Below are positions 23,424-42,900 of a DNA stretch of 64,000 bases, piece by piece. The notes beneath the pieces are model-generated. The model worked only from the letters and a program-made list of their open reading frames with translations. It was not told where the DNA came from and searched no databases. A program made the translations under genes and the position numbers. The stretch is from NCBI GenBank assembly GCA_000708835.1, contig DF237462.1, positions 1,716-65,715 on the forward strand. Direction: 5' to 3'. This stretch comes from Klebsormidium nitens (taxonomy: Eukaryota > Plantae > Klebsormidiophyceae). The number at the start of each line of letters is the position of its first letter. Position 1 is the first letter of the stretch.

Positions 23424-26400
23424 TCAGATTTCCAACCGATCTGAATGGCGACTCGTTTCTATACAGTGCTCGCAAAGCTACACCAAAAAACGAATCTCTG
23501 AATATCAATCAAGCGACACTACTGATAGCACCCACGGCCAGAAAAGTGGGAATGCATCGGATTATAACGTGAAGAGAGTGTGGTAATCTTTTCTCCTTTA
23601 CTAACGACAAATGGTGCACATACCTCGGCCTCGAGTGACTGAATGGTCAGCTGCTGTTGCTTCACAGTCTCTTTGAGATTCTCTACGTCCTGAAGTGCGG
23701 CGTCGAGCTTCGTCTGCAACTGCAGGCGCCTAAGCCGGCTTTCCTCGGCCCACGTCTCTCTATCCAAGTCGTGCCGTTCCTTCTCCTTCTCGCTCTCCTG
23801 CTTGAGGGTCTCGATCTCTTCCTGTTAAGAACACGAGACGTGTTTGAAAGTGAATGTTTTCAAAGCCTGGCATTGACTTGACGGTCCGTCGGATGGCCTC
23901 GCGGTCAAGTACGAACGAACGGAGCCTTTCACGACGCGCTTGCTGAAAGAATTGAGCTCGCACCTCTTTGAAGCTTTAGACCAATACTTCCAGGTTTTCT
24001 GTCGCAAAATTGTTCAGCGATAACAATCTGCAGTAACATACTCATAGCTACGGGACCCGGTACTTCCAGCCAAAAAGTCAAACTGTGCTCGTAAAACTTC
24101 ACCGCGTGCTATCAGTCCACCTTTTTTTCTGAAGGGGGCGCTCTGACTGATCACACGAACTTGGGATCTGAGCAAATATGTTTCAGGGTTCGACGCAGTC
24201 TCACGGATGAATCCCGAACCTTTTTGACAAGAATCAGAGCTTTGCTTGATTCACTAATCAACGGATCTTTCAGCGATGAGCGACTAAGGCCCTCAAGTCA
24301 ACTCCATTGATTTGCCCTTTGGTGGGTCTCTCTGCTTGTCGTTCTGGCAATTCCGTTTTCGAAACGAAGCAAGGCAGCTTCTTGAACAGATTGACAGATA
24401 TAGGCCGTCTTGGCAGTGGATGCAGGTGAAAGTCTCAATCCGTGTGATGTCTAGGGCCTTGGCCCGAGAAGGCATGTGACACCAGGCTCTAGCCTTTCAA
24501 CTGACCGTAGAAAATCAAGCCCTTTCGATTCGGATCTTTTGCCCAGCTTTTTAGCACCTACCTCTCAACAAAGAGGAGTCGTACGCTTTATGCTTTGTCT
24601 TGGTAGATTTCCCACCACTCATCCGAATCAGAGAAGGTTGCATACTTTACACTTAAAGAAGCAGCAATAAAATGCCTTTCATAGAATCTCACCAGCAGGC
24701 TCGCGACCGTCACCCGCAACGTGCTTGCTTCGCGGCGGGTGGCTCTGAGCAGCGCGGCCGCGACGTCCTCCGGCTTCTTCGTTGGAGAAACGGGCGACTT
24801 CAGTTCCTGCAGCCAAGCCACGACAGAGCTTGAAAATCTAGAGAAGATAAATCGACATTCTTCTTGAAATGTTCCTCAAACGCACACGGCTTCCGAGCTG
24901 AGGAAGCACTTGGTGAGTGCCGATACTCTCGGTTGTTTCCGAGATTCACAGAGCGTTTTTCCCGAATGGATCGCTCGCCACCAAGCATGATTCCGGACAA
25001 CATGAGGACCATATATCAGATGGCGATCGGATGACAGCATTCGGGTGTCATCTCACAGAAAAGTAGGCTGCACCAAGACCTTGGGACCACTCTGAATGCT
25101 CTGGAAGTGGAGCTACGTCAGCGGGTTCTTGCGGTGACGTCAACTGCTTCTTCCCTTCTCGGGGTGCATCTCCTTTGCTCGCGCTCCGCGCGTGTCCTTG
25201 CCCACCCCCCTTCCGGCCCACTCTCGTCCTATGGCGCGCGCGAGGTCCATCTTCGCATCCTTAAGCTTTTTGTTTTTCTCCTCCACCTCGTTCTCCACGA
25301 CCCTCTGAACCTCCATCATTGTGTGATCGTCCCCTTCCGCGACCGCGAGCATCACTTTGCCGTTTCGCAGTCCCTTCCGGATGTCCGCCGTCTCATACCC
25401 CACCTGACTCAGGCCCTCCTTTGCCTGCCCGATCTTTGCAACTGCTGTCTCAGCGCGCGCAGCTCCTTCACCCCCTGCTTCCTGCCCTTCGACCGCAAGC
25501 TTCTCAAAGATGTTCTGCACGGTAGAGATCCCCCCTGTCTTTTCCCCGCTTCCCTTGTTGGCTTCCGCATCTGGCGCAAGCGGCACCTTGCCTTGTGCTT
25601 CCGAGGCTGCCCGTCGAGAGTTGGCGAGCATGACCTTCTGCTCGATGTCCGCCAGCTCCCGTTCCTTCTGGTGAAGATCCTCGTTTGCCGCCAGCAGCTT
25701 CAGCTTCGTTTCCGCTTCCGCTGCTTCCGCTAGGTCCGCCTGCGGATCAATCCTGAGTCTCAGCATCAAAAAGGCCTTTTTCCTCGACTTCTGCGACTCT
25801 AGATCCGGATTTGAGAAGCCTTCAAACCCTCCAGTGTGAAATTCAAAACAAGGTATTTTCAAAATTGCTGAAGAGTGGATGCTAAAAAAGCCGTCAGAAT
25901 ACCAAAACAGCCTCACGGCCACCCTCGAGATAGTTTAATCAGCCCATTGACACCAGTACTGGAACAGTCTGCTCCATCATCTTTGATTTAAGGCCTGATG
26001 ATGTATCAAAGAGAACTGCGTCTGCTTTTCTGCATTCCTACTCAGCAGCGAGCTTCTGATTTGTTGACATCCCATTGACATGTTTGGACGAAGCTGTAAA
26101 GTGGCGAGACGAACCTCTGCTTCTGTCTGCTGCTGAAATACAGGCGATGTTCTTAATCGAACTTCCGAAGATAACCTCTTGTCTCTGAGAGGTAAAAGTG
26201 GCCTACTCTGAATCTGACATGTCCTTCGAGACGAAAACAAAATTCATTTTCAGAAAGCTGGGAGAACGCCACGAGATTTTGCTATTGAATCCTCACCGAC
26301 TCCTTTGCGGCTTCAATTTTCCACTTCAGCTCCTGCAGTTCCGTGTCCAGCCCCCAGACTTCCACCGACTTGACGTCTTCAGTAGCGACCTGAAGAGAAA

Positions 26401-27245
26401 AGTAGCCTACTTGCATCGAAAAAGGTTCACGTAGAAGTTATTGAGATGGTGAAAAGGCCAGATGAAAGGTCTTCCAAATCCTGCTAGTCAGCAACACTGA
26501 GGAGCCGATTCACCTCTGACGGCTTTGCAGACTATTCGCATTAGGCAGGTTGCCGGAGTCATTTCCTTTGGAGCATGGCATGATGAACCAACAAGATCTC
26601 GAGCTTATAACAAGCACTGAAACTTACGTAGAGATCTAGTGAGTCCCGGGAATCCTGGCCATGCTCCAAACGGAAGGTGTCCCGCGTCTCTTCCCCCGCC
26701 TTCTTCTCCTTCGCCTGCGGTCCGATCGCCAGGCCCTTCCCCGTTTCGCTTCCGGCCTTACGCTCTTCGCAGAAGCCTCTCTTCCGCTCGTCGCTCGTCG
26801 CTTTTCCGCCCTTCCGCTCGTCCGGTCTTCCCCCGGTTGTTGACGAGTAGAGGGCCGCCTTGATGCCTTTTGTCGAAAGGCCTCCCGGCGACTTCGCTCC
26901 CGGGGCAGAGGCGGTGCTCGGCGTGCGGAACGAGCCGGTGGGAGAGGTGGCGGGCGCGCGGAGGGACTTCGAGACCTCGGAAGAACTGGGCCGGCGCGTT
27001 GGGGGGGAGGTGAAGGACCCGGTGGATGTGCTCGAGCCCAGGGCGCGTGATACCGACGGAGGCGGGGAGAAGGTTGGGGCTCGGAGTGCGGACGAGAGTG
27101 CGCGAGCCTCGTGTGTGTGCGCGGGAGTGGAAGTAGGGGGGGACATGGTGCGGGCACGGGCGGTGGAGAAGGGGCCGGGGGAGAGGGCGCCCGAAGTTGA
27201 AGGCGCGCGCGTGAGGGGGCGGCCGCGTGGCGGGGGAGACGCGAC
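23424..27245 (-). CDS. Unrecognised multi-exon protein B, paralogue of protein A (Ser/Pro/Thr-rich plus coiled-coil); possibly truncated
   Basis: Exons 27245-26628, 26389-26297, 25739-(25206 via weak donor GGG|GTGGGC, otherwise stop at 25140), 24806-24693, 23821-23624 and 23477-23424 (last exon tentative); all phase 0. The first exon aligns with 13623-13174 (SPPPRGRPLTRAPSTSGALSP vs SPPARGRPLTRAPATSGAFSP) after the same ctctag acceptor. Its 93-nt exon has Trp at codon 12, as in gene A's exon 12036-11944. Confidence 0.62.
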
Positions 27246-29550
27246 CTAGAGTGACGCGCAATTGTGTCAGCTGTTTGAAATGGAAAACTTCTGAAAGCTA
27301 CGCCCCCTGTGAACAAGGACCTGACCATCGAAAAATTCGCGAGGAAATTGTCGCACTCGGAGCATGCTCCCTGAATAGCGTCCTGATCCTAATGGAAGAA
27401 ATTTGAAAAAGACACGTGTCCGGAAACAAATGCATGAAAGGAATGCTTTGATCTGGGCTAGTGGACCTCACTCGATTCTGCATATGCCAGCGCAATCTTG
27501 GATACCAGGGAGTGTTGAAGTTATCTGGAAACCTTGTCAGACCTCAGTGTGCATGTCTTCCAAGCTATTGTCCTTCTGTTCGTTGGTAAGTTGCTACGGT
27601 GAATCTAGATAGTTTGCTGCGACGGAAAAGCTCAGCATAATGTTGAGAACAAATGAGTGACCGAGAGGAACCGACGGAGTCTTTGGTTTTATATTGAGCG
27701 GATACATGCATACCGCTTATCTGAGCCCGAGAAACCAACTGAGATAGAACATGGTTTCTTTCCCAAGACTGGAAAGGCTGCTCAGAACAGTAGCATATTC
27801 TCTAATGCTTCAATAGTATCAGTTAGATGTTTCTGAAGAAAGATTTCGCCAAAATATAAAATCTACAAAGGCAAATCAAAGCAAACCCTTCAACATATTT
27901 GAGCAGCTTTGAAGGTTTAGCAGGTGAGTCTCGAGTCCTCCGCATATCACCTGGACTTGCAGTCTCTTCTTCAGGCGAGCTATTGAGCATTTTGAAATCC
28001 TTCTTTTTTTGAAGCTCTAAGGTTGCCTTGAACTTCTCAGACCTTGGTGGATAGATCCTCCAAGTCTTCCAGATATATTGACGCTGAGATCATCAGAGCT
28101 AATCTGCCAGCGGCACCGTGAGAGCACGTTACTGGGTACAAGCTACTGGCACCTCTTATCCCTGCCTCTTGAGACTTTTCTAAGCAAATCTCCAACTTTC
28201 CCAAACCAGAGACTTGCCTTAGATGTTTTGGCCTTCAAGGAAGTAGTCTTTTGTACCATCTTCTTGTCGGGGGACAGAGTATTGCTTTCCTTCTTCACAC
28301 CCTTCTGGGAGCTTGTGGCCATGTCCTCCTTCTGATTCGCTCAGCTTTCCTTGCAAATGACGGCATGAAACAGTCTGAGGATTACGAGAAGCAAACTAAA
28401 TCCATTAAAGCCAAAGGGCATCCCATTGTGATGGATATCATCAGCCTGCCAATGATTCCATGCTGTAGACTCCTTCCAAGGAAACAAGGAACCTAGATAA
28501 GACGATGCAAAGAAAACGAAACTCTCTGAAAACATACATCGATTCCTGACTCCTGTCCAATGTTCAACCCAACTTTTGCGGTCGTCTGCCAAAAGCCTGC
28601 TTTGCGTAAGCCACCTTGCAGCCCCATTGGTATCTGTTCAAGAAGACTTGAAAGTGCGATGAGGGGGCCATGCAGATAACAAGTCAAGAGATATGCAGGA
28701 CAATTGACGAAACAAGAGCTTTGGCGCACCTTTGAGACTTGTAAGAAGGTTGCCACACTCACTATGATAAAGCTCTTCTAAGCACTAAGATTGAGGCGAA
28801 TGGACGAAATGAGAGAGACGGCGATCTGCTTCTATCAAAGCACGAGCCTTCAGGGTTTCTGCGAAGTAGGTGGACACTCAGCGCAAGAAGAATGAAACTG
28901 AGCTTTAAGAAATCCTCACGACTTCCTTGAACCAACCTGCTGCTTCTCAAAGGAATCCGTCTTAGATCGAAAAAGACCTCGCTTACAAAGCTGTCCCTCC
29001 GCTTTAGCCTTCAGAGAGCCTTGCCGCCGCCAAAGTTGCTGGTGAACCTCAAGAACTGTTCATCGAGATCAGCCGATGACCTCTTTCAAGGAACATTCAA
29101 TTCTTTTCCCTTCGCTGGTTGGTTGTTTCCAACCGACCGTTTCATGGGAGCTCTTTGTCACAAAGTTCAGTCAAGTAATCCAGCAAACGGTTCGACTCCA
29201 GGATTCCTCGGTTGTTCGTGTTTCGTGGTGACAATCCCCGGGTCTCAGTCACCGCTCACCGCCAGACGAAACCTTGCGCAAGAAGGTCTGTAATGCAGCC
29301 AATCGTCCTTCGTCACGTTTTCTGGATTCGATCGCGCGCTTGCAGAATGGCAAATCATGCCTTCCAAGTTCGCAATCTCTTCGATCACTGCTACTTGCTA
29401 GGCTGTCGGAAGGACACTGCTGGATGACTAGGCGCCAGGCGTACTCAGATCTGGCAAACAGCACCTTAGAGAAGAACCGAATCAGCGCAAGGCCATGCAT
29501 GCAGAGAGCTGCAAAAGAGGTGCTTCCCATCGTGCCTGCAATGCGGAAGA
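27246..29550 (-). pseudogene. Degenerate 5' region of gene B, homologous to 13624-15900
   Basis: Same evidence as 13624-15900. No continuous minus-strand frame. Confidence 0.45.
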
Positions 29551-31235
29551 ATCGATCTTCGTGTTGACGGGACGCCAGCGCTCCTCGAGTCAGTCCTTAC
29601 CTATGAAAGTCTTCATTGGGACCGCTTGATAGAAGGTTTTTGCTGATTGATTTCCATGCATCGGACATCGAAAGGGTTGAGAACAGGAGGATTGCATAGT
29701 GCATTCACGCGCACTCCTGTTCAAGAGTAATATAATACTCTCGAGATCGACTAGCTCAGAATGAGGATCGCGCCGGGTATTATTTTGGTATATAGCGCGC
29801 TAGCAATGATTCGATAATTGGTCCATGGTATATATAGATATTGCGTGAATCAGTCTACCCCGGTTTGCTTAAAGAATCGAATCGCAAGGAACTGAGGTAG
29901 TCTGTAATCGTTTGCTCAAACGTCTGTTAACGACCCTTTCCGTTACATCATGATGCATAACCGAAAGTGTCGTATGCATTGGACCTTACCGCTTATCTGT
30001 TGACAAACACCGGCCAGCCACTGCACGCAAGTTTCCACAACATGCATACTTCATAGCCATATGGTGACTTGGAGCATGCAGTAATTGAAGGCTGTCACAA
30101 CCCATGCAAATTCCGACCTTAAACACGCCCTGAAGGACAAACCTGCAGCTGCTTGACGTCAGCCTTGTTACTTTTCGTAAGATATATGCCTTGATGTCCG
30201 CGATCCTCGCGTTTCTAGCATGTGCCCGACAAGACCGACGCTTTCGAAGGAGATGAGATAAATCGCACTTGCTTAACGTTTCTCGTCATCAAGGCTGCTT
30301 GTCAACGGCTGTAAATCTAGACCCGGAACAGGAGCCTCTGCTTTTGATCAAAATTCCTTATGTTGTCTTGACCCGCTCGCCAAGCCAAAAAGTACTCGGC
30401 ACGACTGCAGCAAAGCAGAAGGGTCAGCTCTCTACCAGGCTAGCTTCGCAGGTCAGAAAGAGAGAGAGAGAGTGCTACAACGAGAGCAATGTCTGGCTGA
30501 AAACCAACCCGCGGCAGATTGACGAAAAGCACGACATCAAGAAACACGTCTACATTTTATGATAGCGGGAGAGCACCCTTCCAGAAGACTTTGGAAACGG
30601 CGCTCTCATTGAACGTCCTCGAACATCACAAGCAAATCGAACCACGAAGTTTGAGGTCCCATGAGTCATTACGTCTCTGAAAGACTGATCTCAAGGAAAG
30701 GGGCAACAGAAACGGGTGCTCACGCACCTGATGCTCAGCAGCTCGTGCAAGTTCGGACTGTGTACGGCTACCGTAGGCGTCGACGACCGGCTGTCCAACC
30801 GCTCTCTGCACTTATGCTGCTTATTCGAGGCCCACGGAGCGAAAAGGACGGACGGATGCCAGTTCCGAACGCATCCCTCAACCTGGCTCCGCGCTTTGAA
30901 ACCCCTCCCCGCATCAGCCTGGCCTTCGCTTGCTGCTCTGGATCCCTTCTTTGCGGGAACCGATGCTTTGAATCCTCTCTTCGCAAAAAGAGGACTGCTG
31001 TGAACCAGATTACCGCAGCATACGGCTTTGGCTCACGTTGCCGGCAGCATAACCGACCAGTCGCAGGACGAAGTCTGGCCCGGTGCTCCGCCAAGGCGGT
31101 ATGACGAAACCGACACAACTCTCGCGGCCGGTCTCGTGTGCTGCCACGTGGAAAGCTCCGTCCCTCTCGTTCCCTGTTTTGCAACCCCAGAGAACCCGCC
31201 AACGTCCGTTCGTGCGTGCGCTCGAACGATGCGCA

Positions 31236-38403
<7,168 letters not shown>

Positions 38404-39027
38404 GATTCACCCTCAGGAACACCCTCTAGATCTCATTCCCAAAACCAAAACAGTCCTAGTATTAACACTCTCTCCAAAGGAGGACCATTGCTGGCATTGG
38501 CATATGCAACACCACCACCGTGACCACCCTGCATTGACAATGGCTTGCCAGCTTCCAGGTGCTTGCGTGCGCGGTATGCGCGCGCAAGCCCGGACCCGGC
38601 TGGCCGCCCGTGAGGCACTGGGTCACACGTGCGGCCGCCCGGTCGAGTGAGCCGCCCGGTATTATCGGCCCAGAATCGTCGTGTACGGTTCGAGTTCGGT
38701 TTACTGGCTACCTAGTTTAACAGTTGAAATCCGTCTCCGTTCGACAAGGAAAGCCGGCCAGGCCGAGCGTTCGCCGGTTATAGCCGGACTGGTATCTTTG
38801 AACCGGTCAGCTTGTCCTGTGCTTGTGTGGCACCCAAAATCTAGAAAATACGCGGTAGATATCTGGTTTCAACTTTCGGTGGCTTCGGTTGGGCTAGCCG
38901 GCCTGACGTTTGCCTGGTGTGACTCACCGGACTCGGGAGCGGCCGGCAGCCGCTGCCGCTCGGCCGGACCGGGATAGTTACGGGATGAAACTCAAGAAAA
39001 ATAATAGTAAGCTCCGACTAACACTAA

Positions 39028-39036
39028 AAACCCTAA
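39028..39036 (+). promoter_or_regulatory. Telo-box (AAACCCTAA) in the divergent helicase/BAHD intergenic region
   Basis: Exact motif about 625 bp upstream of the helicase ATG. Telo-boxes are known from promoters of plant ribosome-biogenesis genes. Confidence 0.35.
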
Positions 39037-39904
39037 CCTGAAATGAAACACCCGCTCCGCACCCGTACCCACCCTAACCACCATACTAACCCTACCCGTC
39101 ACAGTGCGGTTACCTTACTATTATTTGCTCCGGGTAGTTACAACTTACGGGCCAAGGCCCAAGGGAAATTATTGAACTACAGCCGAAATTTCGAAATCGG
39201 CGCCGGCTATCGGCGCTGTCCGACCACTGGCCTCATATGCAACCATGCGCAGTCTCGTCAATCAAATATTTGAGACAGGCTCGTTTGCAGTAAATCCCGA
39301 AGGCGCTGAATTTATCTTGAATATTGCTCAAGATCGGAGGATACCAGTACCTACTATGGCGGGTACAAGGGAGCTGAACAACAGCACCATAAATATGCTA
39401 CCCATCGAATATTTGTCCTGATTTTAGATGGCAACCTACAAGGCCCTACTACCTAGGTACCTCCGCTAGTTGAATGTCTACTTATGACGAATATAACCAA
39501 TCGTTCCATTGAACATTGGCATCATTGAGCGGGATTCGCGGACTTTAGAAGATTTTTCGATAATTGCACCATGTAGCAATGATTTTGAAGTCGATTCCCA
39601 GTAGGTACATGACAATCTTCCATCGCGGCTTCGCATAGGCTATTGCATCAGGGCTACCTATCTAGGGCTGTCGGATGGCCGACAATCTGTCCTCCTTGAC
39701 AGTCCTTGCGTGACTCCTTGAAACCTTGAAGCAATGAAGGCCTTCCACGAGTTCCTTGTTGAATCAGAGCACAATCCCCCCCCTCGTTCCTGAGCTCACA
39801 CGTGATATAAGGTATGTGACTTAGCTTGGCGCCCATCCAACTTCAGCGGAAAGCTATCTCAAGAGGGCAGGGCAGAACCTTCCCTCTGTTCGACGCCCAA
39901 CCAC

Positions 39905-42900
39905 ATGGCGACCACTCAGCGTGGCGAGAAGTCTTCCAAGATCTCCAAGATGAAAGTCAGGGTGCTGAGCGAGGAACTTTTGAAGCCCAAGACGCCTGCG
40001 GACCACCCTAAGCTTCTGGAGCTCTCCGTGATCGATCAGGTTCAGCCCCGCTTCCATGGGCCACCGATGCTTGCGTTTTTGGGACCGATGCCTGATGGTA
40101 GGTTCATCGTTTTCTGAATATGATTTTTCTAGGTATCTGATTCAAAGAGGTTGGTCAGTCATTCTGTGGCTGTCTTGCTGGAGTCCAAACTTGAAAGGAT
40201 TTATGGGGGTGTAAGACTGGGCTTATGTCTACCTGCGGGGTCACACTGCTCCCGGATGTGATGTGCTAGTCCCACCACTTGATCTGACATGTACTGGCAT
40301 TTGCGCAGCAGATTCACTGAGAGCACAGCAAACAAAGTATTCTGAAAGATCTAGCTCCCACAGCTTTCAGATACTTATGTCTTCTGACAATCCGTTGCTC
40401 TAACGTTTCTGACAATGAGTCTACTGGCACGCTGTGCTTGTGGACAGTCCAACTCTGTCGTCCCGTCTTTAAATCCATTCTTGTTTTTAATGCTTGAGCG
40501 ATCTGTTCTTGCAGCACTGCCATTTGAAGAGTTTGTGCAAAGAAGCAAAGAAGCATGGGCAAGAACACTGGTGGCATACTACCCTCTGGCTGGAAGGCTG
40601 GTGGTAAGCCCTGAGCATTAATTTTTAGCTTGCTAACAATTTCTACAGTCATGCTGGATGAGGTAGTGAAGAAATGCACATTGCTTGATGCAGATGGTTC
40701 TCTACTGCAAAGAGTCAATCAAGAGACTATACATCAAGAAAGATACAGTCCTCTTGGCGCCTCAACTTCTTGTGAAGAAACGAAGTTGTGAGTGTAGTCT
40801 CATGTGTGTCCGTTGCGCGCCAGCCTTTATCCTTGCCTCAACGCTATGCTTAGATCTGTTCCTTGTGTCAGTCAAAGTTTGACAATAGCAAAACTTTTGA
40901 GTCTCTGCAGTGTCAATCAGCTGGGGAGGCACCCATTCTTTTCCATTAGACCTTAGTGACCTTTGCCAATCTTCTCACCCTTGTGTCACGACTCCCTTTT
41001 GCCCATTCGCATTCGAACCTGTTGCCTTCTGGACCACACATCAGAACAGATTGCCAAAATTGATGGCATCGTTCAATTGTGCTTGCCGGGTTCATGGTCT
41101 GAACAGGCACAGCCCTCCAGCCTTTGAAAGTCCTGGGAAGTGTCTCAAGGCAGAAGTGCTGAGCATCCACTCTGTGGCCACTGTTGAGCTCCTCTCATGG
41201 TGGCGGCTGATTCACCTGACCAAGTGTGAAGATACTACGGTTAGCCCTGAGATTCGGAACTAGCTGACATGAAGTACTCCTGTGCGCACTTGAATTCGTG
41301 GACATCTGACTCCTAACCAGCCCATGCGACTAACGACCCTTTCCTCTGTACCGCAGAGACAAAAGGAAGGGTGCCTCGCCATCGACTGCAACGACGCGGG
41401 CATTCTCGTGCGCGCTGCCGAGGCGGACTGCCCACTGCCGCAGGAGATGGTGACGGGGACGAGCATGGCTGGCTCCGACAAACTGTTTTTCACAGAGCGG
41501 GGAGAGGACATCACTACAGTCCCACTGCTATTGATACAGGTACGTGAGGAGGCTGCTGGCAACTTGGCTCCATTGGATGACGCGACTCAAACGCGTCGTT
41601 ATAGATATAAAACCTTAAACGTACCTGGTTGAGTGCCTTCGGATGGCCAAGGTTGTGCGGTTGAAGGAGACTGACTTCGGGTTTCACGAAAAACGTCACT
41701 ATTCTAAGCTAGAAACCAGTTTCGCTTTGTCATGAGAGTTCCTGAAGAGTTATTCGCATTTACGTTGACCTTGCTGTCATCCCTCGGTGACTTTGCGAGA
41801 CAAACAGCCTAATGAAGCCCAGCCTTATATTCTTCATCGCTCTCTTGTGAAATGGCGGAACAGTGTTAGAAGCTTTCATCTCGTTTATCATGTATGACCC
41901 CTTTCTCGATGCGTTTCATCCATAGCAACGTCGCCCTCTATTAGAAGGGCTTCTCCTACTTTGCAGCATCTCCCCTGCTTGTTTCGTGAGCACGAAGTCA
42001 TACGCACGATGACGTCACACTCGGCATCGTAGATACTGCACAATTGAAGTAAACAAAAGGTAGCGCAATCTCCTAGCTCGCGCCTTGTCAAGCGCGCATT
42101 GTCTATGAATCTCGAATTAATGTACGATAAGCTTTTAGTTGACCTTGCATTTTAACCCGATCGGGTTAGGATTCAAAGGCTTACGTGCTACACATTAACT
42201 CCCACCCTAACCGTTCAACTAACTCCACCCCGTCTCGCTGTCAAATTCGTGGGCTTACAGTACACTCAACCGATTGGAAATTTTTTATTTCTGTGCAGTT
42301 CACGCGGTTCCAGGACAACTCGTTGTGCATGTACTTCGGGTTTCATCACACTGTTTCCGACGGGGCCAGCAGCAGCCTTGCTGCCTACTATTGGATAGAG
42401 CTGTTTAAGGGGAAGGAGCCGCCCTTCGTCCCAGTCCATGATCGTTCCCTACTGAAGGTAATTCTTGTTACAATCGGTCAGGAGCAGTCCTCTTGAGACA
42501 GAAGATTCTAACTGCGGTTTTTCGGCTTGTGGGTGAAACTAAGTTCGGTCAGAAAGAGTCATACTTGAATACGAATGATCAGTTTTGTGGCATTCCCTTC
42601 TCTTCGAGACGATTTGGTCAAGTCATGTCCGGCAAGGTCTCGTTCGAGTTATCTGGATGATCTGCTCCGGACGTTGAACAGCCGCTTTGTCACCGATCAA
42701 TTGTAAACCAGTTTTTTTTTTGGGGGACCTTTCAACATCCAGATCACCTCCGATGCCGCCGTCTGCATTTCAATCTTAACAACGTGAAAGTCAGAACAAA
42801 TCATTGTGACTTAGAGTAGATGACATCCTTTACTGACGCGCCAATTCACATTTGCGATTGCAACTCGGAGGTCCCCACGCGTTTGCTCGTAGCTCAAAAC

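Noticed and set aside
23825-24007. Possible extra exon of gene B resembling gene A's 9445-9353 exon (shared LRSF)
   Set aside because: I found no acceptor and donor pair giving the right phase, and the similarity is too short.
42153-42168. Perfect 16-bp palindrome taacccgatcgggtta
   Set aside because: About one such palindrome is expected by chance in 64 kb, and there is no supporting context.
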